Below the pieces are notes generated by a model that saw only the letters and a program-made list of their open reading frames with translations, made no database searches and was not told the DNA's origin. The position numbers were made by a program, and so were the translations under genes. DNA of 46,576 nt from a virus (taxonomy: Duplodnaviria > Caudoviricetes): IMG/VR virus record IMGVR_UViG_3300029825_000015, positions 1 through 46,576 of that record. One strand, given 5' to 3'. This document shows positions 9,327 through 19,675 of this stretch, piece by piece; position 1 is the stretch's first letter, and each line of letters starts with the position of its first letter.

Positions 9327-10565
9327 TTGATAACAATAGATATTGATTTACTAAAGCGTTTAGATGATGAATCTGAACTGAAATACCTTTGGCGTATTGA
9401 TGGTTATATACGTGAAGGAAAATTTCAAAATTGGAAAGAAGTAACACCTCTTGTAAATAAAGAGTTATATGATGATGAAACTGACTATTGTGAAGAGTCA
9501 GCATTCCGTAAAAAGTGTAAATACGCTAGAGATTTCTTTGAGGCTGGTGTATTTGATACATATAGAGAAGATGCTTATTTTAAAGAATTAGAAGTACAAA
9601 AAAGGGAAATAGCCAAGGAACGTCAAAAACTTTATAGTACAAAGGTTGAATATACAAGAAATATACGTCACCAAAGTAGATTTGAATTATTTTATGAGAA
9701 TATAAAGGATGCTATTACCACTCTCCCATTGCCTGAATTTCATGCTGATACTGTGAATACATCAGCCGAAAATGAAAAAGAGTATTTATTGGCAATAAGT
9801 GATATTCATTATGGAGCAAATTTTAAGAGTGAAAATAATTTTTATTCAACTAATGAAGCGGAATATAGATTCAATAAACTTTTAAAAAAAACAATAGACT
9901 ATGTTAATGAACACAATGTTAATAAAATGAATGTGTTAACGCTTAGTGATGATATCCAAGGAATATTACGCATTACTGATTTACAATTAAATGAAACAAC
10001 CGTTGTTCAAGCTGTAGTTGAAGTGTCAAGATTGATAGCAACTTTCTTGAATGAATTATCGGCATATTGCAAAATTGAATACTATCATACTCCTACTTCT
10101 AATCATTCACAAACACGACCATTATGTACAAAGGCAAGTGAATTAGGTGATGAAGATGTTGAATACATAATCGGTAACTATATTAAAGATATGTTGGCTT
10201 TAAATAAACGAATCAATGTTCATTTAAACTTTGGTAAGAATTATATTAAAATACCTATATTTAATTTTAATTCTATTGCCTTACATGGTCATACTGTTAA
10301 AAATATTGATACGGCACTTAGTGATTTGAGTATGCTGCATAGAACATTTTATGATTTTTGTTTTGTCGGTCATTATCATTCAAGTAAGGAAATTATTTCT
10401 AATGAAGCATGTATAAATGATACTGAGGTCTTAGTATGTCCATCGTTCATAGGTAGTGATCCATATAGTGATAGTTTAATGAAGGGTTCGAAGGCGGCAT
10501 GTAAGATTTATGTTTTTGATAAATATGAAGGGCATACAGAAACCTATAAATTACAGTTAAATTAG
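9327..10565 (+). CDS. Calcineurin-like metallophosphoesterase (SPbeta YonJ-like)
   Basis: SDIHYG, SNH, LHGH and GHYH motifs; N-terminal coiled coil. Confidence 0.82.
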   Translation: MITIDIDLLKRLDDESELKYLWRIDGYIREGKFQNWKEVTPLVNKELYDDETDYCEESAFRKKCKYARDFFEAGVFDTYREDAYFKELEVQKREIAKERQKLYSTKVEYTRNIRHQSRFELFYENIKDAITTLPLPEFHADTVNTSAENEKEYLLAISDIHYGANFKSENNFYSTNEAEYRFNKLLKKTIDYVNEHNVNKMNVLTLSDDIQGILRITDLQLNETTVVQAVVEVSRLIATFLNELSAYCKIEYYHTPTSNHSQTRPLCTKASELGDEDVEYIIGNYIKDMLALNKRINVHLNFGKNYIKIPIFNFNSIALHGHTVKNIDTALSDLSMLHRTFYDFCFVGHYHSSKEIISNEACINDTEVLVCPSFIGSDPYSDSLMKGSKAACKIYVFDKYEGHTETYKLQLN

Positions 10566-10689
10566 TTCATTAGTGATTAATTGGTCAGCCACTACTCAAA
10601 AGTGTGAAACTAAAAAAGCGGTGTTTTGTCACCAGTAAGTGCGAATTTTTGTATTAAATTAATATTTAAAATGAAGGACTGATTTTGAA

Positions 10690-11106
10690 GTGAAATATAA
10701 AAGAACTGAAAGAGTACAGTTTGATAGCTACTCTTCTACTATGGATTTTATGAATGATGTAATCGAAACATTGTTAGATGAAGATAATATAGACGAACAA
10801 GCAACTATTATTGCGGATAGAGATACAATCGTTAATATTCTTGATTTAATTGATAGAAATTTAATTGATAATTTTGAATTTGAGATTCAATATAATATTT
10901 TTGATGAAATGGATAAAATTAAAAATGATATATACAGACTTGATATTTTAGATGATGGAGAAATTTTTATTGAAAAAGCTGTGAATCATAATGGTGACTA
11001 TTATGATTGTGACGGGTTTATATTTGCTGAGAAACACATAGATATGGACGCATATCAGAATAATAATAGACGTTGTGATGTTATGGTTTTTGATATTGAT
11101 GAGTAA
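10690..11106 (+). CDS. Acidic hypothetical protein
   Basis: 138 aa, strongly D/E-rich, in operon context. Confidence 0.75.
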   Translation: MKYKRTERVQFDSYSSTMDFMNDVIETLLDEDNIDEQATIIADRDTIVNILDLIDRNLIDNFEFEIQYNIFDEMDKIKNDIYRLDILDDGEIFIEKAVNHNGDYYDCDGFIFAEKHIDMDAYQNNNRRCDVMVFDIDE

Positions 11107-11135
11107 AAATGTGAATTAAATTAGGATGTGAATTT

Positions 11136-11561
11136 ATGATTTGTTACGAGGATGCAATTGATTATATAGAAAACAAAAGGAATACTACGTGGGCATTATT
11201 CGATTTTATCGGAGTTCAATATGGTTCGACAGTCAGACTTTTAGATTTTCAAAAAGAGTTTTTAAAGAATTTAATTGATGGTAAAATCACCAATTGTCCT
11301 CGTGGTATGGGAAAAACATTTGTAATTAAACTATACGCTGAATATCTAAACTATGTTACTGACGTTTGTAAATATGATACATTTGATGTTACAGCAGATG
11401 CATACGTAAATAGTGATGATACAATTGAATCTGGTTTGTTGTCGGCTGATTGTATGAAGCAAGCTTTGCAGGCTGATAAGGAAAAAGCAATTGATGAATA
11501 CAATATTAGTGAAAAAATGTTAAACAAGCTTTTAAAAGAAAATGAGCGTGATTTCGCTTAA
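11136..11561 (+). CDS. Short terminase-ATPase-like protein (mini-TerL paralog)
   Basis: LLDFQKEFL Q-motif plus Walker A CPRGMGKTF; C-terminal DKEKAIDEY resembles TerL NRDKALREY. Confidence 0.6.
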   Translation: MICYEDAIDYIENKRNTTWALFDFIGVQYGSTVRLLDFQKEFLKNLIDGKITNCPRGMGKTFVIKLYAEYLNYVTDVCKYDTFDVTADAYVNSDDTIESGLLSADCMKQALQADKEKAIDEYNISEKMLNKLLKENERDFA

Positions 11562-11597
11562 TGAATGATTCAAAATGCTTAAATAAATAATGATTTT

Positions 11598-11630
11598 AGA
11601 GAGTCTATGTTCTACAGCATAGGCTTTTTT
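11598..11630 (+). terminator. Intrinsic terminator
   Basis: AGTCTATG/CATAGGCT stem followed by a T tract. Confidence 0.65.
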
Positions 11631-11678
11631 ATATTCACATTCACCTTGTAAAATATTAGAGAAGGGAGCGTTCAACTA

Positions 11679-12779
11679 TTGGCAAAAAAAAGAGATATTG
11701 AAGTTGATGAATCCATTGAAGATGCTAATAAAATACATGAGTATAAATGCCTAAGATGTGGAAAGTCATGGAAAAATCCCGTTGGGCACTTCTATAAATC
11801 TAAATACTCACAATTATTTATTAAAAATTCAAGGTATAGTACGTTATGTAGAGATTGCGTAGACGAACTCTTCACTATGTATGAAAATAAATATGGCACA
11901 AATACCGCTTGTATATTAATGCTTTATAAATTGGATATACCATATTCATATTCCTTATATAACAGTGTTGTAACAAAAAATAATGTTTTTAATATAGGAA
12001 TGTACTTGAGACAGGCAAGTAATTTAAAACAGATGATGTTTCAAGATTTTTCACAATCTATATTAAGTGGTGAAATAAGTAAATCAAAAGATGATTTTGA
12101 AGAAGAAAAAGAAGTTAAATGGTCTGAAAAAGATAAAAAAAATAGAGACTTTTGTATTGATGTCGTTGGTTATGATCCATTCTATGGTTACCCTGAAGAA
12201 GATAGAAAATTTTTATTTAATCAATTAATGCTTTATTTAGATGACGATGACATAGCTCAAGATCCGTATAAATTATCTCAGATTTTACAAATCATTAATA
12301 ATAACAAGCAAATAAAGCAATTAGATATTAAAATTGCAAATCTTGATCCTCTTAAAGATGTAAAAGATATTAGCTCTCTTAATTCCATTAAAAATAGTCT
12401 TGTTTCAAATAACGATAAAATTGCAAAAGAAAATGAAATTTCAGTTAAAAACAGATCTAATAAAGATGCAGGAAAATCAACACTTACATATCTTATGCGT
12501 GAATTAAGAGGTTTGAAATTTGATAAAGTTGAAGAGAATTATTATAACCAGTTAAGAAGTGAAGGTACACAATGGGCTGCAAACGTATCTCAAAAATCTA
12601 TGCTTGAACATTGTATGTTTGATGAAAGTGATAAAAGAGAAGTATACCAAAATCAATTAGATTTAATTAATAATTTATATAAGGAATTGGATGATACAAA
12701 AGAACAAATACGTTTACTTAAAATTGAGAATGACAGTCTAAAATCTCATGGAATAGAGGTTGCAGATGGCGTATCGTAA
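11679..12779 (+). CDS. Zn-finger protein preceding TerL; putative terminase small subunit (YonG-like)
   Basis: CLRC...CRDC at N terminus, coiled-coil C terminus, overlaps the TerL start. Confidence 0.55.
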   Translation: MAKKRDIEVDESIEDANKIHEYKCLRCGKSWKNPVGHFYKSKYSQLFIKNSRYSTLCRDCVDELFTMYENKYGTNTACILMLYKLDIPYSYSLYNSVVTKNNVFNIGMYLRQASNLKQMMFQDFSQSILSGEISKSKDDFEEEKEVKWSEKDKKNRDFCIDVVGYDPFYGYPEEDRKFLFNQLMLYLDDDDIAQDPYKLSQILQIINNNKQIKQLDIKIANLDPLKDVKDISSLNSIKNSLVSNNDKIAKENEISVKNRSNKDAGKSTLTYLMRELRGLKFDKVEENYYNQLRSEGTQWAANVSQKSMLEHCMFDESDKREVYQNQLDLINNLYKELDDTKEQIRLLKIENDSLKSHGIEVADGVS

Positions 12780-14601
12780 ATTAATGTCAGAGCGGAAAAA
12801 ACGTATTTGTGAATTAGATGCAGAAAGTATTGCTTTTTATAGACGAAATCCTTGTATAGCTGCGAAAGACTTACTAGGAATAAATTTAATTGATAGCCAG
12901 AAATATATATTACAACAAAGTTGGAATAAACCGCATGTATTATGGTGTTGTAGTCGAAACTTCGGAAAATCATTTCTTGGTGCGGTTTTCATGATATTGA
13001 AAGCGATTCTTTATGAGAATCAAGCTATTTATATAATTTCAAGTGTTGGTGACCAGAGTAAAGTAACATTCAGTAAAATTGAAGAAATTATTTTAAATAT
13101 TGGAACTACTTCTGCTTCTATTGGTTCACTAAAAGATATCGTAAGAAAAGAAACTGTAAAAAGTCCAAATAATAAAACTGGATTTAGTCATGCAAGTTCC
13201 GGATACATTGTTGAATTTTATAATGGTAGCACAATAGAAACGTTAAATTCAAAACCAGATAATGCAAGATCTCGCCGTGCTACACTTGTATTTTTTGATG
13301 AAGCGGCATTCTGTAGTGATGAGCTAATTACGATCTGTGAAGCATTTGCAACACAGAATACAGAATTTAGAACTTCTACTGAAGATGATTATAATCCAGA
13401 AACAGAAAAAAGAAGATGTCCTACTCAACTTGTTTATGCGTCATCTCAGGATGACATGAGCAAAATATTTTATAAACATTTTAAGAGTTTTGCTAAAAAG
13501 ATGGTTGCAGGTGATAGAGATTATTTTGTATGTGATATGATATGTGACACTGCAATTAGAACATATATGGACGGTAAACTATATACTCCACTTTTGACTC
13601 AAGATAAAGTAGATGCTGCCATGAAAGGTAATAGAGATAAAGCACTACGTGAATATTATAATGAGCCAACCAGAGATGGTGGAATAGACCAGATTGTTAA
13701 ACTTGGAACTATTCGTAGGAATGAAAATTTCTATTTACCACAACTTAGTTATCAACCTAAGACTAGTATAGTATTAGCATTTGATCCTGCAAGAACGTAT
13801 GATAACTCAGTATTAAGTGCAATGAGAATAGTTAATGATAAAGATTATGGTTATATTGGTGAAATTATTAATTGTGTCAATTTTGTTGATATAGCAAGTA
13901 AAAAAGGTTACAAATTAGATTCTAATAGACAGCTAGAAGAAATTCGTAATTACTTAGATGTATATAACGGACAACATAATGATTATGATAATATTGAGGC
14001 TCTTTTAATAGATCAGGGTGCAGGTGGTGGTGGTGTTTCTACTTATGCTGATAATTTATTAAATGAATGGGAAGGCAGAGATGGTAGAAAACATCATGGA
14101 CTTATAGACAAAAATCATGATATTTATAAAGGATATGAGGAATTATATCCAAATGCTATTGATAAACTTCGTCTTATTAGCCCTAAAAAATATAAAACAC
14201 AAATGGTTGATGAATTTATTGAATTAATCCACCTTGGAGTAATTAAATTTCCATATGAATTTAAGCAAGAATTTATTGAAATAGCAAGAAATAATGATGA
14301 TGGTACTGAATTTATTGATAATTATCAGTTATCAGCAGATGAAATTACTTCTCTGATGAATATTGACTTAATGAAAAACGAAATTATATCTATTTATAGA
14401 TATGATAACGCTGATAATACTCAAAAAACTTATGCTTTGGCTAAAGATAAGGAACATAAAATGAATGATGATAGGTTTTATACTGTTATTATGTTAGCTC
14501 ATTATCTTTACGGTTTAAGGCGTGGACAAACTATTACTCCGGATATAAAGGAAGTTGACTACTCTTCTGCTCCTCGGTGCGTATCATCGGTATCATTCTA
14601 A
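12766..14601 (+). CDS. terL: Terminase large subunit
   Basis: Walker A SRNFGKS, Walker B VFFDEAAF, coupling motif YASS, nuclease AFDPA and DDRFY. Confidence 0.93.
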   Translation: MAYRKLMSERKKRICELDAESIAFYRRNPCIAAKDLLGINLIDSQKYILQQSWNKPHVLWCCSRNFGKSFLGAVFMILKAILYENQAIYIISSVGDQSKVTFSKIEEIILNIGTTSASIGSLKDIVRKETVKSPNNKTGFSHASSGYIVEFYNGSTIETLNSKPDNARSRRATLVFFDEAAFCSDELITICEAFATQNTEFRTSTEDDYNPETEKRRCPTQLVYASSQDDMSKIFYKHFKSFAKKMVAGDRDYFVCDMICDTAIRTYMDGKLYTPLLTQDKVDAAMKGNRDKALREYYNEPTRDGGIDQIVKLGTIRRNENFYLPQLSYQPKTSIVLAFDPARTYDNSVLSAMRIVNDKDYGYIGEIINCVNFVDIASKKGYKLDSNRQLEEIRNYLDVYNGQHNDYDNIEALLIDQGAGGGGVSTYADNLLNEWEGRDGRKHHGLIDKNHDIYKGYEELYPNAIDKLRLISPKKYKTQMVDEFIELIHLGVIKFPYEFKQEFIEIARNNDDGTEFIDNYQLSADEITSLMNIDLMKNEIISIYRYDNADNTQKTYALAKDKEHKMNDDRFYTVIMLAHYLYGLRRGQTITPDIKEVDYSSAPRCVSSVSF

Positions 14602-14623
14602 AGATTGTGGGTGATGTAAAAAG

Positions 14624-16282
14624 TTGAATGTTGATAAAGAAGAAATAAATGAAAATGAAAATTTTGATGTAATATTTGCGTCAGATGTAGATAATGATGG
14701 TGAAGAAACAGTCGTTCTTACTTCGGAACAAATGACAGAAAAAATGCTTAAAGAAGCATTATCTCGATTTGATCCAACCAATAGACAATATTCTGTATTG
14801 TTAAATGGTGAATCATCTAATAGCTATAATAATTATACTTTAGAAAGTTTAAAGCTTTTGGCTAAAAATGCGCAAAGCGATATAAGTAAAATTTTAACTA
14901 TTAATAGTTTGGTGAGACAGACTATAAACGAAGATGATATTATTGGTAAGGTTTATGAAGCAATAGAAGCTAATTTAAATACTAATGTCAGAATTTCATT
15001 TGATGATTTACCACAAAAACCAAAGTATAAAAAAACATATAAAGATAAAGCGGAAACATTAATAAAGAGATTCCATAAAGAAACAAATTTAGATATGGTT
15101 TTATCCTCTTCTATTGTAACAACTTATATTGAAGGTAACTGTATTAAATATCTTCGTTCAAAGAATGGTCATTATGTAATTGATACATATCCGCTTGGTG
15201 TTGCTTTAGTTAGTGACTATTGTTTAAATGGTATCCGTTATATATTGATTGATATTAGAGAGTTAACGAATCAGTTACAAAAAACAGTTCTTAAAGGACG
15301 AAGAAATAAACCTTTATTTTTTAACAATCTCACAGATGAAATTAAAAATAATTATCCAAAAGAAATATATGATGCATTTATTAATAAAGAACATTATGCA
15401 AAGTTAGATATTAGATATAGCAGTTTGAATCAATTTGGTAATTTAAATAGAAAATATGGACTTACTCCTGTATTTAAAGCATTAAAACCAAATATAATGC
15501 TTAATACTTTTGATAAAGCAGATTCTACTAATGCAAAAGCACGTTCTAAAAAGATAATTCATCAAATTTTGCGTAAAGAGACAATGGGGCAAGATTATAC
15601 TAAAAAAGGTTTTGAAGAAATGGCTTATGCTCATGAAACTCTTATGGAAGCGTGGAGAAATCCTACTGTTGTATATACATCTCCTCCGTGTGTTGAAAAA
15701 ATTGAATATGTTGAACCAAAGGTAGATATCACAAATGTGGAAACAATTCAGCAATATCGTACACGAGTTGCTGCCGCATTAGGTATCTCTTTTTTAAATA
15801 CAGATGGTAAACAAACCGTTAGTACTGCTAATGTTTCTATTAGTCAATTAATGAGTGTTATTAATAAAATTGCTAAACAAGAAGAAATAAATCTGCAAAG
15901 ATGGTATGAAATAATACTTGAAGAAAATGACATCCCATTAGAATACTGTCCTACTCCGCATATTATGGATGCAAAATTACTTGAATTCAAACTTAGAAAA
16001 GAATTATCAGAAACATTATTTTCAAAGTTTAGTTGTTCTTATAGAACTGCATATGAATTACTTGGTATTAATGTTAAAGATGAAGTTGAAAGAAGAAAAG
16101 AAGAAAAAGAACTTGGATATGAAGATGTATTTACTCCTCATTCTACTTCTTATAATAGTTCAGGTGATGAAAATTCAAAGGCTGGTAGACCTAGCGGAAC
16201 AACTAATGGTGATAATGGCATAGATGATCAGAAACAGGAATACGATGAAGATTATACTGAAAATAATAGGGTGAAGTCATGA
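14624..16282 (+). CDS. Portal protein (YonE-like)
   Basis: Directly follows TerL, 552 aa, YGLTP motif, C-terminal AGRP tail typical of portals. Confidence 0.75.
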   Translation: MNVDKEEINENENFDVIFASDVDNDGEETVVLTSEQMTEKMLKEALSRFDPTNRQYSVLLNGESSNSYNNYTLESLKLLAKNAQSDISKILTINSLVRQTINEDDIIGKVYEAIEANLNTNVRISFDDLPQKPKYKKTYKDKAETLIKRFHKETNLDMVLSSSIVTTYIEGNCIKYLRSKNGHYVIDTYPLGVALVSDYCLNGIRYILIDIRELTNQLQKTVLKGRRNKPLFFNNLTDEIKNNYPKEIYDAFINKEHYAKLDIRYSSLNQFGNLNRKYGLTPVFKALKPNIMLNTFDKADSTNAKARSKKIIHQILRKETMGQDYTKKGFEEMAYAHETLMEAWRNPTVVYTSPPCVEKIEYVEPKVDITNVETIQQYRTRVAAALGISFLNTDGKQTVSTANVSISQLMSVINKIAKQEEINLQRWYEIILEENDIPLEYCPTPHIMDAKLLEFKLRKELSETLFSKFSCSYRTAYELLGINVKDEVERRKEEKELGYEDVFTPHSTSYNSSGDENSKAGRPSGTTNGDNGIDDQKQEYDEDYTENNRVKS

Positions 16283-16521
16283 TTCTAATAGAAGCTCCAA
16301 ATAAAGAAATATATGATTTAAATGAATGTATTATTACTCAAAATGTTGTGTGCTTAATAAAAACTCCTAATGGAGAGATATATCACTTAGAGGATTGTAA
16401 AATTATTCAAAACGTTGATGATTTGCCTTATACACAAGAACAATTGGCTAATGAAATTTTTGATAAGCAAGGAATTGCTATTGGACTATTAGAGAAGAAA
16501 GGCGGTGGAAATTTGGGTTGA
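16279..16521 (+). CDS. Hypothetical protein
   Basis: 80 aa, translationally coupled on both sides; internal repeat PNKEIYDLNECII / PNGEIYHLEDCKII. Confidence 0.65.
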   Translation: MILIEAPNKEIYDLNECIITQNVVCLIKTPNGEIYHLEDCKIIQNVDDLPYTQEQLANEIFDKQGIAIGLLEKKGGGNLG

Positions 16522-18092
16522 ATGATAATGTTAATATTGCCAGCAAGGTTGTTGAAATTGCTGAGCATACAACTTATTTAGAGTTAACATCGAGAATATG
16601 TTATTACACTGAAGCTAATCTAAATAATGATGCGATTGTATATGATGACACTTCGTTAGATAAAGCCAAAACATTAATTAATATGCCAGTACAGGCAAAA
16701 TATAGAGTAAATGCCAATGGAGATCCTACTCTTGGTGGGCATGAAATGGTTAAACATAAAGATGGTAGTATTGAATTTAAAACTAATTCAATAGGTACAC
16801 ATACTGATGTTTATATACAAGAAGATTCTGTTGAAATAAATGGTGAAACAAAAACACTGCCTTGTTTATTTGCTAAATATAGAATATGGAAAAGATATGA
16901 AAATGTGGCTGCCGTAAGGCGGCTTTTTTCTTTAGGAAAATTATATGGCAGTTGGGAAATTAATGTATACAAATATACATTTGAAAATGGACTCAAAAAA
17001 ATTGAAGATTATGAATTTTTATCTAACTGTTTACTAGGGTACGAATTTTCTTATCCAAGTTATGGTGAAAATGCAGTTGCTCTTGAAATGGCACAAGTTG
17101 ACAATGATCAATTACTAATTGCTGAAGCTCTATCTCAGGATTTAATTTTAATGAAAGGGCAACCAGATAAGCAATTATATAAAGATAATGAAATAAATGA
17201 CACTGAAATAAAGGAGGATAATATGGCTAAGTTAGATAATAAGAATACTAATGCTGCTGAAAATATAGAAACCCCTACAGATATGCATACAGATAATCAT
17301 GTAGCGGAGATTAATCCAGCAGAAACTAACACTAATAAAAACGAGAATAAAGTAGATAATAAAACTGAAGAAAATGTTGCACAGTTGACTGTATGGGATA
17401 CCCGTAGACGTATTGCAGACGCATGTACAAAGAGAATTGGTAAATGGTGTTATATTGCATATATGTTCCCAAATGAAAAGATTGTTTGGTGTGAGTATGA
17501 TGGTGCAGAAACAGAATTAGACTATGTGAAATTTACATATGAAGTAAATGAGAATGATGAGATTACTGTTTCTGAGCCTGAATATGTAAAATTAACTGTT
17601 TCTATTGCTGAAGTTAATTCAAAAATAGCTGAGTTAAATAAAAACTTAAATACAGCTAAGGCAGAACTTGAATTGAAGAATGAAGCCATTACTAAAGCAA
17701 GTGAAAAAATTCAGAGTTTGAATGCTCAAGTATCAGAATTAACGCCTTACAAAGATCAGGTTGAAGCTGCTGATAAAAAGCGTATTGAAAATGAGATTGC
17801 TGAGGAGAAAAAAGTATTAAGAGAAAAGATGCTTAAAGGTAATTTATTTACTGAGAAAGATATAGCTGAAGAAAAAATCACAAAATTAATTGAAGCAAGG
17901 AATGAAGCTGCTATTAACAAATTAATTGCAGATAAGTTCGTTGCTTCTTTTGATAATGAAACAAATGATGGGACTACTGTTACTAATACTAATGCAAATA
18001 GTAATAAAGAGAATATAGCAACTGCTAGTCTTTTTTCAGATGAGATTGAAACAGATGCGACTTCAATCATGAAGAAAGTTTTATTTAATTAA
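16518..18092 (+). CDS. Prohead protease / scaffold fusion (YonD-like)
   Basis: N-terminal LGGHE and GSWEI protease-like motifs, coiled-coil C terminus, lies between portal and capsid. Confidence 0.7.
   Translation: MNDNVNIASKVVEIAEHTTYLELTSRICYYTEANLNNDAIVYDDTSLDKAKTLINMPVQAKYRVNANGDPTLGGHEMVKHKDGSIEFKTNSIGTHTDVYIQEDSVEINGETKTLPCLFAKYRIWKRYENVAAVRRLFSLGKLYGSWEINVYKYTFENGLKKIEDYEFLSNCLLGYEFSYPSYGENAVALEMAQVDNDQLLIAEALSQDLILMKGQPDKQLYKDNEINDTEIKEDNMAKLDNKNTNAAENIETPTDMHTDNHVAEINPAETNTNKNENKVDNKTEENVAQLTVWDTRRRIADACTKRIGKWCYIAYMFPNEKIVWCEYDGAETELDYVKFTYEVNENDEITVSEPEYVKLTVSIAEVNSKIAELNKNLNTAKAELELKNEAITKASEKIQSLNAQVSELTPYKDQVEAADKKRIENEIAEEKKVLREKMLKGNLFTEKDIAEEKITKLIEARNEAAINKLIADKFVASFDNETNDGTTVTNTNANSNKENIATASLFSDEIETDATSIMKKVLFN
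17223..18092 (+). CDS. Nested in-frame scaffold protein from an internal start
   Basis: AAGGAGG SD immediately upstream of in-frame ATG 17223 (MAKLDN). Confidence 0.6.
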   Translation: MAKLDNKNTNAAENIETPTDMHTDNHVAEINPAETNTNKNENKVDNKTEENVAQLTVWDTRRRIADACTKRIGKWCYIAYMFPNEKIVWCEYDGAETELDYVKFTYEVNENDEITVSEPEYVKLTVSIAEVNSKIAELNKNLNTAKAELELKNEAITKASEKIQSLNAQVSELTPYKDQVEAADKKRIENEIAEEKKVLREKMLKGNLFTEKDIAEEKITKLIEARNEAAINKLIADKFVASFDNETNDGTTVTNTNANSNKENIATASLFSDEIETDATSIMKKVLFN

Positions 18093-18115
18093 TCGAAAAA
18101 ATAGGAGGATACGAT

Positions 18116-18589
18116 ATGTTAAGAGATTTTATTGTTAATGGTGCTAAGGCTCCTGAATCTATGTATAGAGCAGATGCTGAATTAAAAACAGGTATGGCTG
18201 TAGTAAAAGATGAAACTACTAAGTCTGTTGATGTTACAACAGAGGAAACTGTAGCAGATATATTTTTCGTTGATAAAGAAAGAGTTCCAGAAGGTGTTGA
18301 TTGTGCTAGGGGAGATATTCCTGATTATGACGATGCTTTCACTGTTATTAAGGACGGAGAAAGACTTGTTCTTGAGAAATATCATGCTGGCGAAACTTTC
18401 GGAACAGATCAATTTAAAGTCGATGATTTTAAAGAAGGTACAGCTATTGGTACAAGAGTAGCATTTGTTAATGGCATTGCAATTAAAGCAACAAAACCGT
18501 CTCAGTATATTTTCAAAGGTTTACACAATGACAATAAGCACACTTTAATCAAAATTGAGGTGTCTGATACCGCCGTTGCAAATGCGTAA
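18116..18589 (+). CDS. Capsid decoration/cement-like protein
   Basis: 157 aa, beta-rich, strong AGGAGG SD, immediately before the capsid gene. Confidence 0.55.
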   Translation: MLRDFIVNGAKAPESMYRADAELKTGMAVVKDETTKSVDVTTEETVADIFFVDKERVPEGVDCARGDIPDYDDAFTVIKDGERLVLEKYHAGETFGTDQFKVDDFKEGTAIGTRVAFVNGIAIKATKPSQYIFKGLHNDNKHTLIKIEVSDTAVANA

Positions 18590-18615
18590 TTAAACAATAG
18601 AGGAGGATTAAAATT

Positions 18616-19608
18616 ATGTTAAATACAGAAATTGCTGAAATCATGAAAAAAGATAATATTCTTTTTGATGTTGCTGAAAAAGTTGAATATAAAATTGATT
18701 TAAACGCTGAGGAAACTGAAATCGCAGAGGTTTCTAACGCATGGGCAAAACAAATAGGTGAAACAGGTAAGGATCCGGAAGGTACCATTGCTGCTTATAT
18801 TAAAAAGACCGTACAGGATGAATTATATAATGCTCCTGATGAATTATTGGATAGAATTTTGAATAAAGGTTCTATTGGTGAATTTGATTATACGGAATAT
18901 GATACTACGCCTAAGAATACTCTTATCGCACATGAAGCAGCAAAAGGCGGTGTTGTAGAACGTAGTTGGATTGACTTTTCTGTAATTAAGCCTGTTATTA
19001 AGAATAGACAGGTTGAAACTGATTTGTCTTATGTTGATTTAAGAAAGAATGGTTTTAAGTCTATTGCTAATTTAACGGTCTTTATGAAGGAAGCTTGTCA
19101 GAATGTTCTTTTTTATGATTTATTGACTCAAATTGACACTGCTATTATCGGTGGTGATCAAAAAATTGATGTTACTGGTAAACTCCCTACATTAGAATCT
19201 ATGGACGCGATGTCTTTATATTTGAATGATAGAGCTGATGATTCTGTTATTATATCTTTAACTAAATATGCACAGGCAATTAGACGGATGGATGGTTTTG
19301 CTCAGTATATGTCTGATCAGATGAAGAATGATTTTAATAGATATGGCTTAGCAAAAATATATGATGGTATTGGTATTGCTGCTATATCAGGTGCGAGACG
19401 TCAGGGCAATGGAGATTTATTAATTCCTGATAAGAAGCTTTTCGGTATTGCTGGAAAGATTGGCAACTTAGATATGAAGGGTGAGTTACATGTATTCCAA
19501 GATATGAATAACCAGGAGGAACAGGTTCATTTAATGTTAAAGGACTTTACATATAGCTTTGCTATTACAAATATTGAGAATGCTGCAAAGATGGTATTTG
19601 CGCAGTAA
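18616..19608 (+). CDS. Major capsid protein (YonB-like)
   Basis: 330 aa, strong SD, followed by a terminator, SPbeta-type synteny. Confidence 0.75.
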   Translation: MLNTEIAEIMKKDNILFDVAEKVEYKIDLNAEETEIAEVSNAWAKQIGETGKDPEGTIAAYIKKTVQDELYNAPDELLDRILNKGSIGEFDYTEYDTTPKNTLIAHEAAKGGVVERSWIDFSVIKPVIKNRQVETDLSYVDLRKNGFKSIANLTVFMKEACQNVLFYDLLTQIDTAIIGGDQKIDVTGKLPTLESMDAMSLYLNDRADDSVIISLTKYAQAIRRMDGFAQYMSDQMKNDFNRYGLAKIYDGIGIAAISGARRQGNGDLLIPDKKLFGIAGKIGNLDMKGELHVFQDMNNQEEQVHLMLKDFTYSFAITNIENAAKMVFAQ

Positions 19609-19620
19609 ATGGAATTAACC

Positions 19621-19655
19621 ATAGAGGGGAAGTGTAACAACTTCTCTTCTATTTT
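19621..19655 (+). terminator. Intrinsic terminator after capsid gene
   Basis: ATAGAGGGGAAG/CTTCTCTTCTAT stem followed by TTT. Confidence 0.65.
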
Positions 19656-19675
19656 AATTGGAGGTAAATTTTTTA

